A stretch of 64,000 nt of DNA from Octopus bimaculoides (Eukaryota): positions 137,799,806 to 137,863,805 of the forward strand of contig NC_068983.1 of assembly GCF_001194135.2 (NCBI RefSeq), read 5' to 3'. The position numbers and the translations under genes were made by a program. The first letter of the stretch is position 1. Each line of letters begins with the position of its first letter. The notes under the pieces were generated by a model. The model was given only the letters and a program-made list of their open reading frames with translations. It made no database searches and was not told the DNA's origin. Below, piece by piece: positions 1 to 11,590 of this stretch.

Positions 1-261
1 AGATATCGCCATCCGTTTTAGAGAAAAATTTGTAGTTTAGAATCAGTAGTTCTTTGACTGCTGTTTCTGAATTTTCAGTATGTTGGAGAAGCAACTCAAT
101 TGCTAATCCCTTATATTTATGATGATATATATATATATATATATATAGTCAGATGAATTAGGTACTTAAGTTGAGGCACGAGAATTTAGTACGGTATTAT
201 CCATACAATTTCAAAATAAGGTGATTAAAATCAAAATAAGCAACAAGGATATACAGAGGTA

Positions 262-349
262 ATGCAGTACGATCGTTTCAAGCAACTCAATTTAATTGAA
301 CAATGCAATCATTACACCAATCTAAATGCAGAGCAATCCTTAGTTGCAT
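262..349 (-). ncRNA. Degenerate type I hammerhead ribozyme (family alpha, long helix II)
   Basis: Minus strand reads ATGCAA-CTAAGGA-[long hairpin]-GAAAC-GATC-GTA-CTGCAT. The core differs from CUGANGA at one position. Confidence 0.5.
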
Positions 350-563
350 AAAGACATAGAATTAAATTAAATTAAATTAAAACAGATGGACACATTAGTA
401 TAATTTTACCTAAAGCCTCCAAGAAGGTAAGGGGATAGACAAAGAACATGCTATTTTCACTTCAGCTTAGAAGCTATTCTTTGTCTATCTCCTTACCTTC
501 TTGGAGGTTTTAGGTAAAATTATACTAATGTGTCCATCTGTTTTAATTTAATTCTATGTCTTT

Positions 564-651
564 ATGCAGCTGAAGTTTGCTCTGCACTTAAATTGATGTA
601 ATAATTGCATTGTTCAGTTAAATGGAGTTGTTTGAAACGATCGTACTGTAT
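564..651 (+). ncRNA. Degenerate type I hammerhead ribozyme (family alpha, long helix II)
   Basis: ATGCAG-CTGAAGT-[long hairpin]-GAAAC-GATC-GTA-CTGTAT. Helix I is 6 bp and helix III is the palindrome ACGATCGT. The last core A is mutated. Confidence 0.5.
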
Positions 652-692
652 TACCTCTGGATAGCCTTGTTGCTTATTTTGATATATATATA

Positions 693-794
<102 letters not shown>

Positions 795-1104
795 TAAGCA
801 CATACATATGTAAAATTTATTTGTCAGATATATCATATTATAAGAATATTTTTCATAAGTTTCAGAAGAAAATAGAATCTAAAAATCAAAAGGATACTCA
901 TCCAAATTGCATATAAAAGTTGAATTACTAAGACAATGAAACAACTATCTCAAAGAAAATTTATGACGCGATAAGGGTGAAAGAAGCAAGACATAGGGTT
1001 AAAATGGGATGTGAATTAATTCCAAATAGTTGGGATATGTTAGTCTAGGAACGGTTATGGCCATATAGTTAAGAAATTCTATTTACAATAACCCACTAGG
1101 TGAT

Positions 1105-1165
1105 TGCTTGGGTAAAGATCTTCCACCATAGTTTTGCGTCGACCCAAACCTTGTGAGTGAAATAT
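1105..1165 (+). mobile_element. SINE-C internal fragment
   Basis: ttgggtaaagatcttccaccatag...ccttgtgagtg resembles the copy at 14114-14261. Confidence 0.4.
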
Positions 1166-1169
1166 ATTC

Positions 1170-1380
1170 GTTTCAAATTTTGGTACACGGCCAGCAATTT
1201 CGGGGGAAGGAGTAAGTTGATTACATCGACACCAGTGCTCAACTGGTAATTAATCTGTCGACCCCGAAAGGATGAAAGGCAAAGTTGACCTCGGCAGCTT
1301 TTGAACACAGAACATAAAGACGGACGAAATGTCACTTAGTATTTTACTCGGTCTGCTGACGATTCAGCGAGCTTGCTGCC
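1170..1380 (-). mobile_element. tRNA-derived SINE-M (Meta/MESC-like central domain)
   Basis: Reverse-complement homolog of 37923-38182, including gcctttcatcctttcggggtcga and the A/B-box-like head. Confidence 0.8.
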
Positions 1381-2404
1381 CCGTGTGTGTGAAATTATGT
1401 TGATAGAAATTATGCAGAACCTTTTGCAAGATGAATTTATTCGTTGGTGGTAAATTCAATCCAAATCCTGATTAATTTCACCACCAAGTCATTGAGTGCC
1501 GTTAGTGAAATATACTCTGTTGCTAGGAGAGGATCTGTTCTCCGTTTGGGGGATATTTCGATACCCTCCGTCTTATTGTAGTATGAGTCGTGATTTGTTC
1601 TTCTATTAAGTCCACCGATATCGGTGGGTATTCTAAAGGACTTGCATGTCATACTTCCTTCCCTGAATAACACACAACCTTCAGCACAATATAACGATTG
1701 CCAGATGTAACGGATGCATTATTAAAATCTTATTTCAGAGGGAGTTCATATCAGGTCTGGAAAAACGTTCTTATTTCTATCATGAGATAAATATTATTTC
1801 TAAACCACAAAAATCTTTATTGGAGATAAGACAATCAATAATTCTTGTCTAACTAAATTGTAGACGATTTATAGAGCTGATGAAAATACTTGAATCTTTA
1901 TAAATGTTAGTGCGAAGTAAACAAAACTAATCTAGATTTTACTGTATCTTTCTGTATGACTTATTCAATAGTTGATTATTCGACATAGAATAGTACTGGT
2001 GGTTTTAACAGCTTCACTTAGCTTTATCTTTCAATTGATTCATTAGTTGACTGTTGCAAGCCAATATCTAAAATAATCAGATACACATATGTGAGAAAAA
2101 GAGTACTCAAAATGTTATGTGGAGTATACAAACATACACACACATTCATACATATACACATACATACATAATATATATATGTATATATATGTGTGTATAT
2201 ATATACATACATATATATATGAATATATATATACATATATATGTATATAAATATACATACATATATATGTATATANNNNNNNNNNNNNNNNNNNNNNNNN
2301 NNNNNNNNNNNNNNNNNNNNNNNNNNNNNNNNNNNNNNNNNNNNNNNNNNNNNNNNNNNNNNNNNNNNNNNTATATGAGTGAGAGAGTTGGTATGTGAAA
2401 GCAC

Positions 2405-2456
<52 letters not shown>

Positions 2457-2634
2457 TATACACACATACATACTCGTATATCTCATATATATCAATTCGA
2501 TTTGGGTATTAACTCTGTAGTTTGCTTCTAGATAGCTACTCCACGGGTATCGGTTATCATAGATTTTATAATGGAAATTGATCGTTTTATTGAAGATACA
2601 TCTGAAAATCCGTAAAGTTTATATAAATATTGAT

Positions 2635-2807
2635 TTGAAATTTTTGCACAAGACCATCGAGTCCAGTGCTCAGCTGGTGCTTATTTTATTAACCCCGGAA
2701 GGATGAAAGGTAAAGTCGAACTCAGTGGCATTTGAACTCAAAACGTAAAGTCTGAAGAAATGCAGCTAAGCATTTTGTCTAGCGCTGTAACGATTCTGCC
2801 AGCTTGC
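2635..2807 (-). mobile_element. SINE-M, internally deleted copy
   Basis: ccccggaaggatgaaaggtaaagtcga...tttgaactca...gattctgccagcttgc. Confidence 0.7.
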
Positions 2808-2970
2808 ATAATACAACAATTGTTTCCTGGACGGTTTATCAGAAGAATTATTGCTGAAATTTTGTTATATAACATAACGGTATTATTGTAGAACTGGAAA
2901 ATATCAACTCCTCAGATACATGAATAAAGTGGTTTACTGAACTAATCCTTATTAGTCTTGTTAGGGTAGC

Positions 2971-3012
2971 CGGTGTTGATAAGTTACAAAAATGAAACGT
3001 CGATGTCCATTG
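2971..3012 (+). ncRNA. Decayed minimal type I hammerhead motif
   Basis: CGGTG-TTGATAA-GTTACAAAAAT-GAAAC-GTCGAT-GTC-CATTG. Helix I pairs at all 5 positions with two G.U pairs. The core has two transitions. Confidence 0.4.
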
Positions 3013-3836
3013 CCCCTGAATGGGAACCGATGCGAGTTATCTCGCTTGCCTATGACTGACTTCCAGATGTTTTAACACCAGGCACATTGATGAGAATATA
3101 TTCTCTTACGCCTAAAAGTGCAGCTTGTCCGCAAACTAGCAAACACATACCTTGTATATATGTGTTCAATATTATTTATATCACGCGAGCTGCTTCTAAT
3201 TCATATTTAAATTTATTACACTGAATATTTCCCTCTCATTGATGATGTTATAATCATTTCATTAGCATGTCATAGTTAAAACAAAAACAAAAACAAATGC
3301 TTCGTAAACCACAAATTCAAATGAACCGGTCAAGAAATGAGATTAATGAATTGAACAAAGGGATACATAAATTGTATGTATGTATGCTTGCGTGTATGTG
3401 TGTATGTATCGTGTTACAAAACTGCATGAGGTTGACTGCCAATAAGTTTAAAAGTGGACATAGTCGCAACACCTAACGATTCATACACCGAGAAAGAAAA
3501 ATATTAGCTCCCTTTCCCAATATGTTTCGAATAAAGGACAGAATATTTGATAAACTCAATATGGAAACTACACTCTCATTCATCAACGTTGTTTAAATGT
3601 CTTCTCTGATTGTTGGTAAAATACAATGTACTGATAGAGTCACCCCATTTATCAAACTGGAAGTTGGAATTAGTTTCTTTTTGTCCGTAATAGAAAACAA
3701 TACCTCTTAAGAAAACTGGAATTACATATCGGATGAATAGTATTATACTCTGTCTTGTCACCAACAGTTACACGATAATTTTGTATGAATTTTTGCATTT
3801 GATTTCTATTGTATTCATATTTGGATATAACGCCGA

Positions 3837-4215
3837 GTGGAGGCGCAATGGCCCAGTGGTTAGGGCAGCGGACTCGCGGTCATAGGATCGCGGTTTCGAT
3901 TCCCAGACCGGGCGTTGTGAGTGTTTATTGAACGAAAACACCTAAAGCTCCACGAGGCTCCGGCAGGGGAGGGTGGCGAACCCTGCTGTACTCTTCCACC
4001 ACAACTTTCTCTCACTCTTGTTTCTGTTGTGCCTGTAATTCAAAGGGTCAGCCTTGTTACATTGTGTCACGCTGAATATCCTCGAGAACTACGTTAAGGG
4101 TACACGTGTCTGTGGAGTGCTCAGCCACTTGCACGTTAATTTCACGAGCAGGCTGTTCCGTTGATCGGATCAACTGGAACCCTCGACGTCGTAAGCGACG
4201 GAGTGCCAACAAATA
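3837..4215 (+). mobile_element. SINE-R, full-length, tRNA(Arg)-like head (octopus OR-type)
   Basis: Head tggcccagtggttagggcagcggactcgcggtc...ggtttcgattccc with A/B boxes and a TCG anticodon-like loop. The body is homologous to 22984-23375. Confidence 0.85.
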
Positions 4216-5550
4216 CAATAACGCTGAAATCTCTCACAAAACTTTAAACAAATCTCTACTGTCCACGTTAACTTTTACTACCTTTAGTCTAACTGATAAT
4301 GGAGTTCGTTATACTTCTATACTTCAATCTTTCATTTTTTAATCTTTGTATTCAGTTTCAACTGGTTATATTTTTCAACATCGCATTTATCCCATTCTTC
4401 TTGCTTTTCCAATCCAGATATTCTGAACATTTTCACTCTTTCGATCAGCTTTTCTTTCGACTCGCTCCCCTTTTGAATCTTTCCACCTCAACTTACTAAT
4501 TTAAACTGCGATCTTTCTATTTATCTATTGGTTTATTTACCCCACGACATTAATATATTTCTCTAGTTCACCTACCTTGTAGTCTCTCACTTCTGTATCT
4601 TTTCCCATTCCTCCCTCATGGTTTCGTTATTTCTATATAAGTTTTTTTAACAGAAACAATAATGCAATGAAAGGGATTAAATGAGAGATTTTAAACAATC
4701 TATTTCCAAGTCTGTTATGTCAACCGTATACATATGACAATACGATATATTTCTTTCACATTCGTCTCATACTTGGCTCTAAATCTTGTCTTTTCTGTGT
4801 ATTTTCTTTTCCCTATTTATTTCTTCCTTTTACCGTTTATCTCTTCTTATTCCACTCTCTTTTCTTTGTTTCTTTTCCCCTACTCTTAATTCATATCCAT
4901 TGTTTTCTTTTCTCCTATTACTTTCCAATTCCAATTTATTTGTTAACGTACGATTGACAATTTCCTGTTAAATTACATATTTTAACTTTTACTGTTACGT
5001 ATATGCACACACACACGCACACAGACACACACACAGACACACACACACAGACACACACACATATACATGCGCACACGCATATTTACCTACCTTTATGTAT
5101 ATACATATATTTACAAATACGAACACGCACATATATCGGCATATACGTGTATGTGTGTGTGTGTGTATTTGTGTGTGTATTTGTGTGTGTATTTGTGTGT
5201 GTAACTGTGTGTCTGTGTGTGTATGTATAGGTATGTGTATATATATGTATATATTTTATATTTTTTCATACATTTCCAATATTTTATTTCAATTACATTT
5301 CTCACCTTTTTCACATCACCCACATATTTTTCTTTTATACACTTGGATACATATACGCCTACGTTCATGTATGTATGTGATTGTTCTGTATTTTCATAGT
5401 CCTTCACACAAATGTGTGCATGTTTTTAATAATACACGTGTATATGTGACTGTGAGCATGAATAATTTACCTTACGTATATATGAAGTGAATACGCATAT
5501 ATTACAATATCTATATCTATATATTTATATATGTTAATGCGTTTGCCTTG

Positions 5551-5593
5551 TTTTGCTGATGACACACATCGAGGCAGAAACACCTGTACATAG
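5551..5593 (+). ncRNA. Minimal type I hammerhead motif, partly decayed
   Basis: TTTTG-CTGATGA-CACACATCGAGGCA-GAAAC-ACCT-GTA-CATAG. The core is intact; helix II is poorly paired. Confidence 0.5.
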
Positions 5594-5669
5594 CTATCCT
5601 CAAACAATCAGACTTTATTTTAACGATATGTCAGACAATTAGACAATCAAACTACTTCTTTTTCTAAAC

Positions 5670-7545
5670 GAGATGCCAGTTGTAAAGACGTTTTAAAGAT
5701 TGATGATAGCTCACTTGCATTTAATGATGTTGCAAAGAGAGAGACTTAGAGACGCTACTATGAAAGGTTGCTAAATGAAGAGAATGAATGAGAGAAAGAG
5801 AATCTGCGAAATGTCGATTCAACATAGGGTCCAGCTATTCGAATTGATAGCACCTTGGTAGATAAAGCAATTAAGGCTATGGAGACAGGGAAAGCCCCCG
5901 GCCCATCAAGAATCACTGCTGAGATGCTTAAAATATCTGGCGGTGTAGGATATAGTCTAGTCACCCGTATAGTCAACCTGGTGACACATGGTTGNNNNNN
6001 NNNNAGGATATAGTCTAGTCACCCGTATAGTCAACCTGGTGACACATGGTTGAATCAGCTGATGTAAGTCACGGAGAGGGTCATAGCTCAACTAATTAGG
6101 GAGAGAGAGTTAGCTTAGACGGGTTTGTGCAAAGGAGAAATACCACTGATACTATATTTCTGGTAAGACAGCTGCAGGAGAAATTCCTAACCAAAGATTA
6201 ACTTCTGTACTTGTCTTCCGTTGACATGGAGAAAGCCTTTGGCAGGGTTCCCCGATCCCTTACCTGGTGGTCAATGCACAAACTAGGGATAGATGAATGG
6301 TTGGTGAGAGCTGTGCAAGCCATATACAGGGAGGCTGTCAGTAAGGTGAGGGCTGGCCACGAGTATAGGGAATAATTCTGGGTAGAAGTAGGGGGTTCAC
6401 CAAGGTTCAGTCCTCAACCCACTCTTATTCATCATAGTCCTCCAGAGGAATTCAAGATAGGCTGTCCTTGGGAGCTCCTTTATACTGATGACCTTACTCT
6501 AATAGCTGAGTCACTAGAACTAGAGAAGTTTCAGGTGTAGAAGCAAGTCTAGAATTGAAGGGCCTTAGAGTCAATCTAGCAAAAACCAAAGTCTAAGTGA
6601 GCAGGATGGCAGATAAATCACAAATCCCTTCAGGTAAATAGCCCTGCTCGATCTGAAGAAAAGGTGTAAGCAGAAACTCCATAAGATGTACCTTGTATAA
6701 GCTATGGACACGTATGAGGTGCAGCAATATCAAAGAAAGGTTAACTAGGAAGGTAAGTTTTGTGTGTGGCAGATGCACAGGGGCAATAAACACCGAAGAT
6801 CTATAGAAAACAGATTCCATCACATGTCAGGGGTAGTTGATAGCTTCCATTACCTAGGTGACTAAGTCAGTAGCGGTAGGGGGAGTGGATACTCTGGGAG
6901 CATAACAAAGGCAACCTATGGCTCAGAGTGAAAGGTAGATTGTATGATGTTTGTGTATGAACAGCCATGCTACACAACAGTGAAACATGGGCTGTGATTG
7001 CTGAAGACATGCGTAGGCTTGAAAGAAATGAAGCTAGTATGCTCCGCTGAATGTGTAATATGAGTGTGCATACACGACAGAGTGTAAGTGCCCTGAGAGA
7101 AAAGTTGGACATAAGAAGCATCAGATGTGGTGTGCAAGAGAGACGACTACGCTGGTTTGGTTATGAGTTGCGTATGGATGAGGACAGCTGTGTGAAGCGT
7201 CACACCCTAACAGTGGAAGGAACTTGTGTAAAAGGTAGACCTAAGAAGACATGAGATGAGGTGGTGAAGCACGACCTTCGAACGCTGGGATTCACAGAGG
7301 CAATAACAAGCGACTGAGACCTTTGGAGATATGTTGTGCTTGAGAAGACCCGGCAAGCCAAGTCAGATCGTAGCCGTGGTCGATGCCAGTGTTGCATAAC
7401 CGGCCCGTTTAAAAGTAACCTTCAATCGTCGGGCAATATGCTATGTTTGAGAAGACCTGTTGAGTCAAGTGAAATCGTAGTCGTGGCCGATGCCAGTGCC
7501 GCCTGACTGGCACCCGTGCCGATGGCACGTCAAAAGCACCCACTA
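5670..7545 (+). mobile_element. RTE-clade LINE, 5'-truncated and degenerate (RT plus 3'UTR)
   Basis: Translated motifs KAPGPSRITAEMLK, VDMEKAFGRVP, HQGSVLNPLLF, LLYTDDL, RRLRWFGY and KGRPKKT, with stops and frameshifts. Confidence 0.9.
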
Positions 7546-7570
7546 AACTCTTAGTGAGCAGGATGGCAGA

Positions 7571-7612
7571 CAAATCGCCCGGCGTGCTAGCATTTCTGCT
7601 AGCTCGCCGCCC
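7571..7612 (-). mobile_element. SINE-M 5' head fragment
   Basis: cgcccggcgtgctagcatttctgctagctcgccgcc is the reverse complement of the SINE-M start. Confidence 0.6.
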
Positions 7613-8384
7613 TAGTCGGAAGAATATATCATTGAAACTAAAATCAAAGTTGTCTCCTGATTTTGTAATACTGAGAAATGATCTGTGCATATTTAACATT
7701 AAAGAAGGGAGATAATCCAGTTGTCATTTCTTATTCACTCTTAGTTCTAATCTCTTGCGACAAGTGGTTGAAATGAAGTGTATTTGATATAAATGGGATG
7801 TGAATCTCATTTTAAACTAAGACTTTTACTTGTGTAAATTACACCAGTTGTTTTCTTATCAGCTGAAGCAGATAGAGAAGTACAATCGCCAGCAGTTGTA
7901 AAACCTCGGATTTCAGCAGCCAGAAAATGGAGTTAATCCAAAAAGAAGAAATAGAAGGGAAAAAGCGATTTACAATGTTCTGCATTGAGAACGAAAGAAG
8001 TAATTCTTGTCATTATATGTGATTTATACAGTTGTTCATCTGATTTAATTCTATCTAACAACTATACACAACTCTGATCAACTCAACTGCGCTCAGATTA
8101 TGAATTATCCTTTGAAATGAAATTTTTCTTTGAATTCAGTCGACTATTATTATACACATTGCACAGACACGCGAGGTCGACGCGCTTGAAGAATGCATAA
8201 TTGAACATTTTAGGTATCATCTAATTTTGTTATATTAACAAGTAAATGTATGTATACGATTGAGTAAGGGAGATAATTCCCTAGTTTCTCTTCCTCCCCA
8301 TTTTCTTCTACTTTTCTATGCTTACGTCGTTGAAATGCATTCTATTTGCCAACTTGCTTTCTCGTCTGTCTATTTATCTCCTGT

Positions 8385-8485
<101 letters not shown>

Positions 8486-9169
8486 AACACACATGTGCGC
8501 GCGCGTGTATGTATGTATACAATTGTCTGTCACTAATTGTTATAGAAAGAAGATAGTTTTGTGGGAAAATATTCTAAGCCTCATTTAGATCAAATTCATT
8601 AAACCTTATTTGAAAAAAGATTTCTATTTCATCGCATATTTTAATCTTCGTCTATCGATTACTTTTGTTTTCTCGATTCTTAATTTTCATTTTCAAATTT
8701 TATTCATTGTTGAGTTAATCACTTATTCGCCAGATCACAGTTATAAGTGCTATAAAGGATAGTTACCGTATGGGAAATATAGATTGCTGTCTTTTAGTCC
8801 AACATTAACTTTTATCGAACAGATTCATGATTACATGCGCTTCAGCCCCGATCATTTCGTCATAGTATGTGACAAAGTGTATCTAGGTCTACGTTAGTTA
8901 ATTCATGAGACCTGTTACGAAAGAGTGCAGCAATGAAACGGCACTTCGTGCTCACGATTGCACTGTTCTAGATGGATGACATTGAGATTCAGTGTTATAA
9001 TAATCACATCATGCAACGTCATGCCATGTCACACAGTCGCCAACCAATATATGCTACATATGCTAGAGCGAACTTATGCTTAGTTCACATGGGGATTTGT
9101 GGCTAGTTGATTAGGAAAAGCTAAGTGTTTGTGTGAAATTCTGTTTCAAGTTGGAAAACACTTCAAATC

Positions 9170-9252
9170 TCACGGTGGCCTGCTTTGTCTTTCATTCTTT
9201 CGTAATCCGTAAGATAAGTACCAATGAAGTACTAGTGTCGATTCAATCGACT
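9170..9252 (+). mobile_element. SINE-M central fragment
   Basis: tttgtctttcattctttcg...aagtacca...gtgtcgattcaatcgact. Confidence 0.45.
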
Positions 9253-9394
9253 GCGCTTGATTCCAAAAGAAATCGATAGAGTTGAGACCATTCATTAACG
9301 TTTTCCTCTGATCACCGAAATTTCAATAAAAGGATTCTATTTGCTCGTACAGGTATGATGGATAAATAGCCACTAATGATGTTTTTAATTTAAG

Positions 9395-9572
9395 TACGAG
9401 GCAGGCAAAGGTCAGTTGATATCCTCGACCAAGTAATTGATACTTCATGTTATCGACCTAGAGAAAATGAAAAGCTAACCTAGGCAGGATTTGAACTCAG
9501 AATGCAGAGGCGGAACAAATCCTGCAAAGCACTTATTTCGCAATTCTCTCATAATACTGCTAACTCACTGCT
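9395..9572 (-). mobile_element. SINE-M, old degenerate copy
   Basis: tatcgacc...aaaatgaaaag...atttgaactcagaa...actgctaactcactgc. Confidence 0.5.
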
Positions 9573-9699
9573 TTAACACAGAGTAATAATAAATAACATT
9601 AATAATTCTTCATTTAAGTTATTTTAGAGTTGTAGAGTAAATCATCTATATTTCGATCAAAATCAGACACTGCAATTGAGAAGTGTCAACCGTCTAGAA

Positions 9700-10028
9700 A
9701 GGGAAGAGTATCCAGAATAGATTTGCTAAGTCGACCAACATCGGACTTAGTCGGGCAAATTAGTCTCACAGCAGGATTATCATGGAAGTTCTTCTTGTGG
9801 TCTTTGAGCTTAATCCCTGGTTCACTTGGTCTCAAGGGTTCTCTCCTGTCTGCTAAGTCATATTCCATCATAACTTCCTTAATTTTTAAGCTAATATCTG
9901 ATAGATTCTTATTCGTTGTTATTTTATATTTAGCGTTTAGTTTCTTCATTACTAGTTTCCTATAGGTGGCATAGTTCAGTCTCTATAAGTTCCCAGTTTT
10001 ACCTGCTGGGACTAGTATTCCTGGTTTG
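9700..10028 (-). mobile_element. PLE (Naiad-like) reverse transcriptase N-terminal fragment
   Basis: ILVPAGKTGNL*...LKDHKKNFHDNPAVRLICPTKSDVGRLSKSILD matches the recalled PLE motifs VxADKTxN and LKDHKxNFxxNPxxRLI. Confidence 0.8.
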
Positions 10029-10310
10029 TTTGTCTTCTTACCCTCTTAGAGGATTATTTAAAATTATACAAATGTGCCCGACTGATTAAATTAATTCTAC
10101 TTATTTCTTTATGCGACTGAGAATAGCTCTGCATTTAAATTGATGTAATGATTGCATTGTTCAATTAAATGGAGCCGCTTGAAACGGTCGTACTGCATCA
10201 CTTCTGGATATCCTCGTGCTTATTTTGATTTTATTCACCTTATTTTGAAATTGTACGAATACCGCACTAATTTTGGGTGCCTCAACTTAAGTACCTAATT
10301 CATTTGAATC
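10029..10310 (+). mobile_element. PLE pseudo-LTR-type segment, family alpha, inverted relative to the adjacent RT
   Basis: Colinear homology with 477-683 and with the reverse complement of 150-446. Confidence 0.7.
10111..10198 (+). ncRNA. Degenerate type I hammerhead ribozyme (family alpha)
   Basis: ATGCGA-CTGAGAA-[long hairpin]-GAAAC-GGTC-GTA-CTGCAT. Confidence 0.5.
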
Positions 10311-10501
10311 TCAATTACATNNNNNNNNNNNNNNNNNNNNNNNNNNNNNNNNNNNNNNNNNNNNNNNNNNNNNNNNNNNNNNNNNNNNNNNNNNNNNNNN
10401 NNNNNNNNNNNNNNNNNNNNNNNNNNNNNNNNNNNNNNNNNNNNNNNNNNNNNNNNNNNNNNNNNNNNNNNNNNNNNNNNNNNNNNNNNNNNNNNNNNNN
10501 N

Positions 10502-10543
<42 letters not shown>

Positions 10544-10569
10544 TATATAAATATATATGTATATATCTA

Positions 10570-10735
10570 TGTGTGAGTGTGTCTTTGTGTTTGTGTTTGT
10601 CCCCCATCACCACTTGGCAACCGGTGTTGGTGTGTTTAAGCCCTGAGGTCGATTTTTTCGACTTAAACCCTTCAAGGTAGTGCTCCAGCATGACTGCAGT
10701 CAAATGACTACGACAAATAAAAGAATAAAAGAATA
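10570..10735 (+). mobile_element. SINE-C 3' portion
   Basis: gtgctccagcatgactgcagtcaaatgac...aaaagaataaaagaata tail. Confidence 0.7.
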
Positions 10736-11034
10736 CAGGGCACATGCTTTTATTGGAAGATTGAGTCGCCCATACTGCCAAAATATCTTTGAACAACTTC
10801 TCATTAAATATTCTTGTGAAGAATAAAATTTATAACATATACAAGTGAAGAATGTATATATTCATATATAGAGAGAATTGAAGTTATAATTCCTTACAAT
10901 GATTGACTAGATTCTTCTCTGTAGAGTAGACCAGTGATTCTCAAATCAAAATAGACTATCATTGAGAAGACTTGTACCTTCAATTTACATACGTACAAAT
11001 ATACATGCATACATGCATACATATATAAATACAT

Positions 11035-11069
<35 letters not shown>

Positions 11070-11543
11070 TAAATCCGTGTGTATGTGCACGTGTGTGTAT
11101 GTGCACGTGTGTGTATGTGTAATATAGAGTATATTATATCCGATTACATATGCATACATACACATAAATATATATACGTATATGCATGTGTGTACATATG
11201 TATGTTAATACAATATTAGTATATACAGAATATATACCTGCGGAAGCCTTGGTATATATTTAAAGTGTAACGGTTATTAGTATAAAGAAAATTAATTAAG
11301 GCCGTTCATAATGTTTTCAATCCACGGAGAAATAGGTAAATTTGACCTATTAGTATGTCTACTTTGCAGATTTGCATATATTATATCATACCATGATACT
11401 ATGTGGACTGTGTTCCCAGTTGATTGCCCCACATAAAGTGTTAACGACTAATTAACAGCTCCAGTTCTCTGGAAATAATAAATATGATGTGTACATATAC
11501 AGGTTGCTACTTGTTTTTCTCTGGATTGGTCAAGTAATGTACA

Positions 11544-11590
11544 CACTTCTGATGAGAACTTAACGAGGGTTGAAAATCAGACAATGCTGT
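11544..11590 (+). ncRNA. Decayed hammerhead motif (family delta) closing a 285-nt direct-repeat unit
   Basis: CACTT-CTGATGA-16 nt-GAAAATCAGACA. Homologous to the 24543-24586 copy (minus strand) and to a partial copy at 11287. Confidence 0.4.

Larger units (their letters stand above)
150..683. mobile_element. Penelope-like (PLE) inverted pseudo-LTR-type repeat, family alpha
   Basis: Imperfect inverted repeat with arms about 230-446 and 477-683 and a 30-nt spacer. Homologous to 10029-10310, which abuts a PLE RT fragment. Each arm carries an HHR-like motif. Confidence 0.7.

Noticed and set aside
2812-2846. Minus-strand CTGATAA...GAAAC-AATT-GTT
   Set aside because: Helix III is palindromic, but the core is mutated and helices I and II are absent. 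Too weak.
3837-3910. tRNA-Arg gene
   Set aside because: It runs directly into a SINE body seen elsewhere in the window, so it is a SINE head rather than a tRNA gene.
5947-6052. Exact 48-bp direct repeat
   Set aside because: The copies flank a 10-N gap, so this is an unmerged contig overlap rather than biology.
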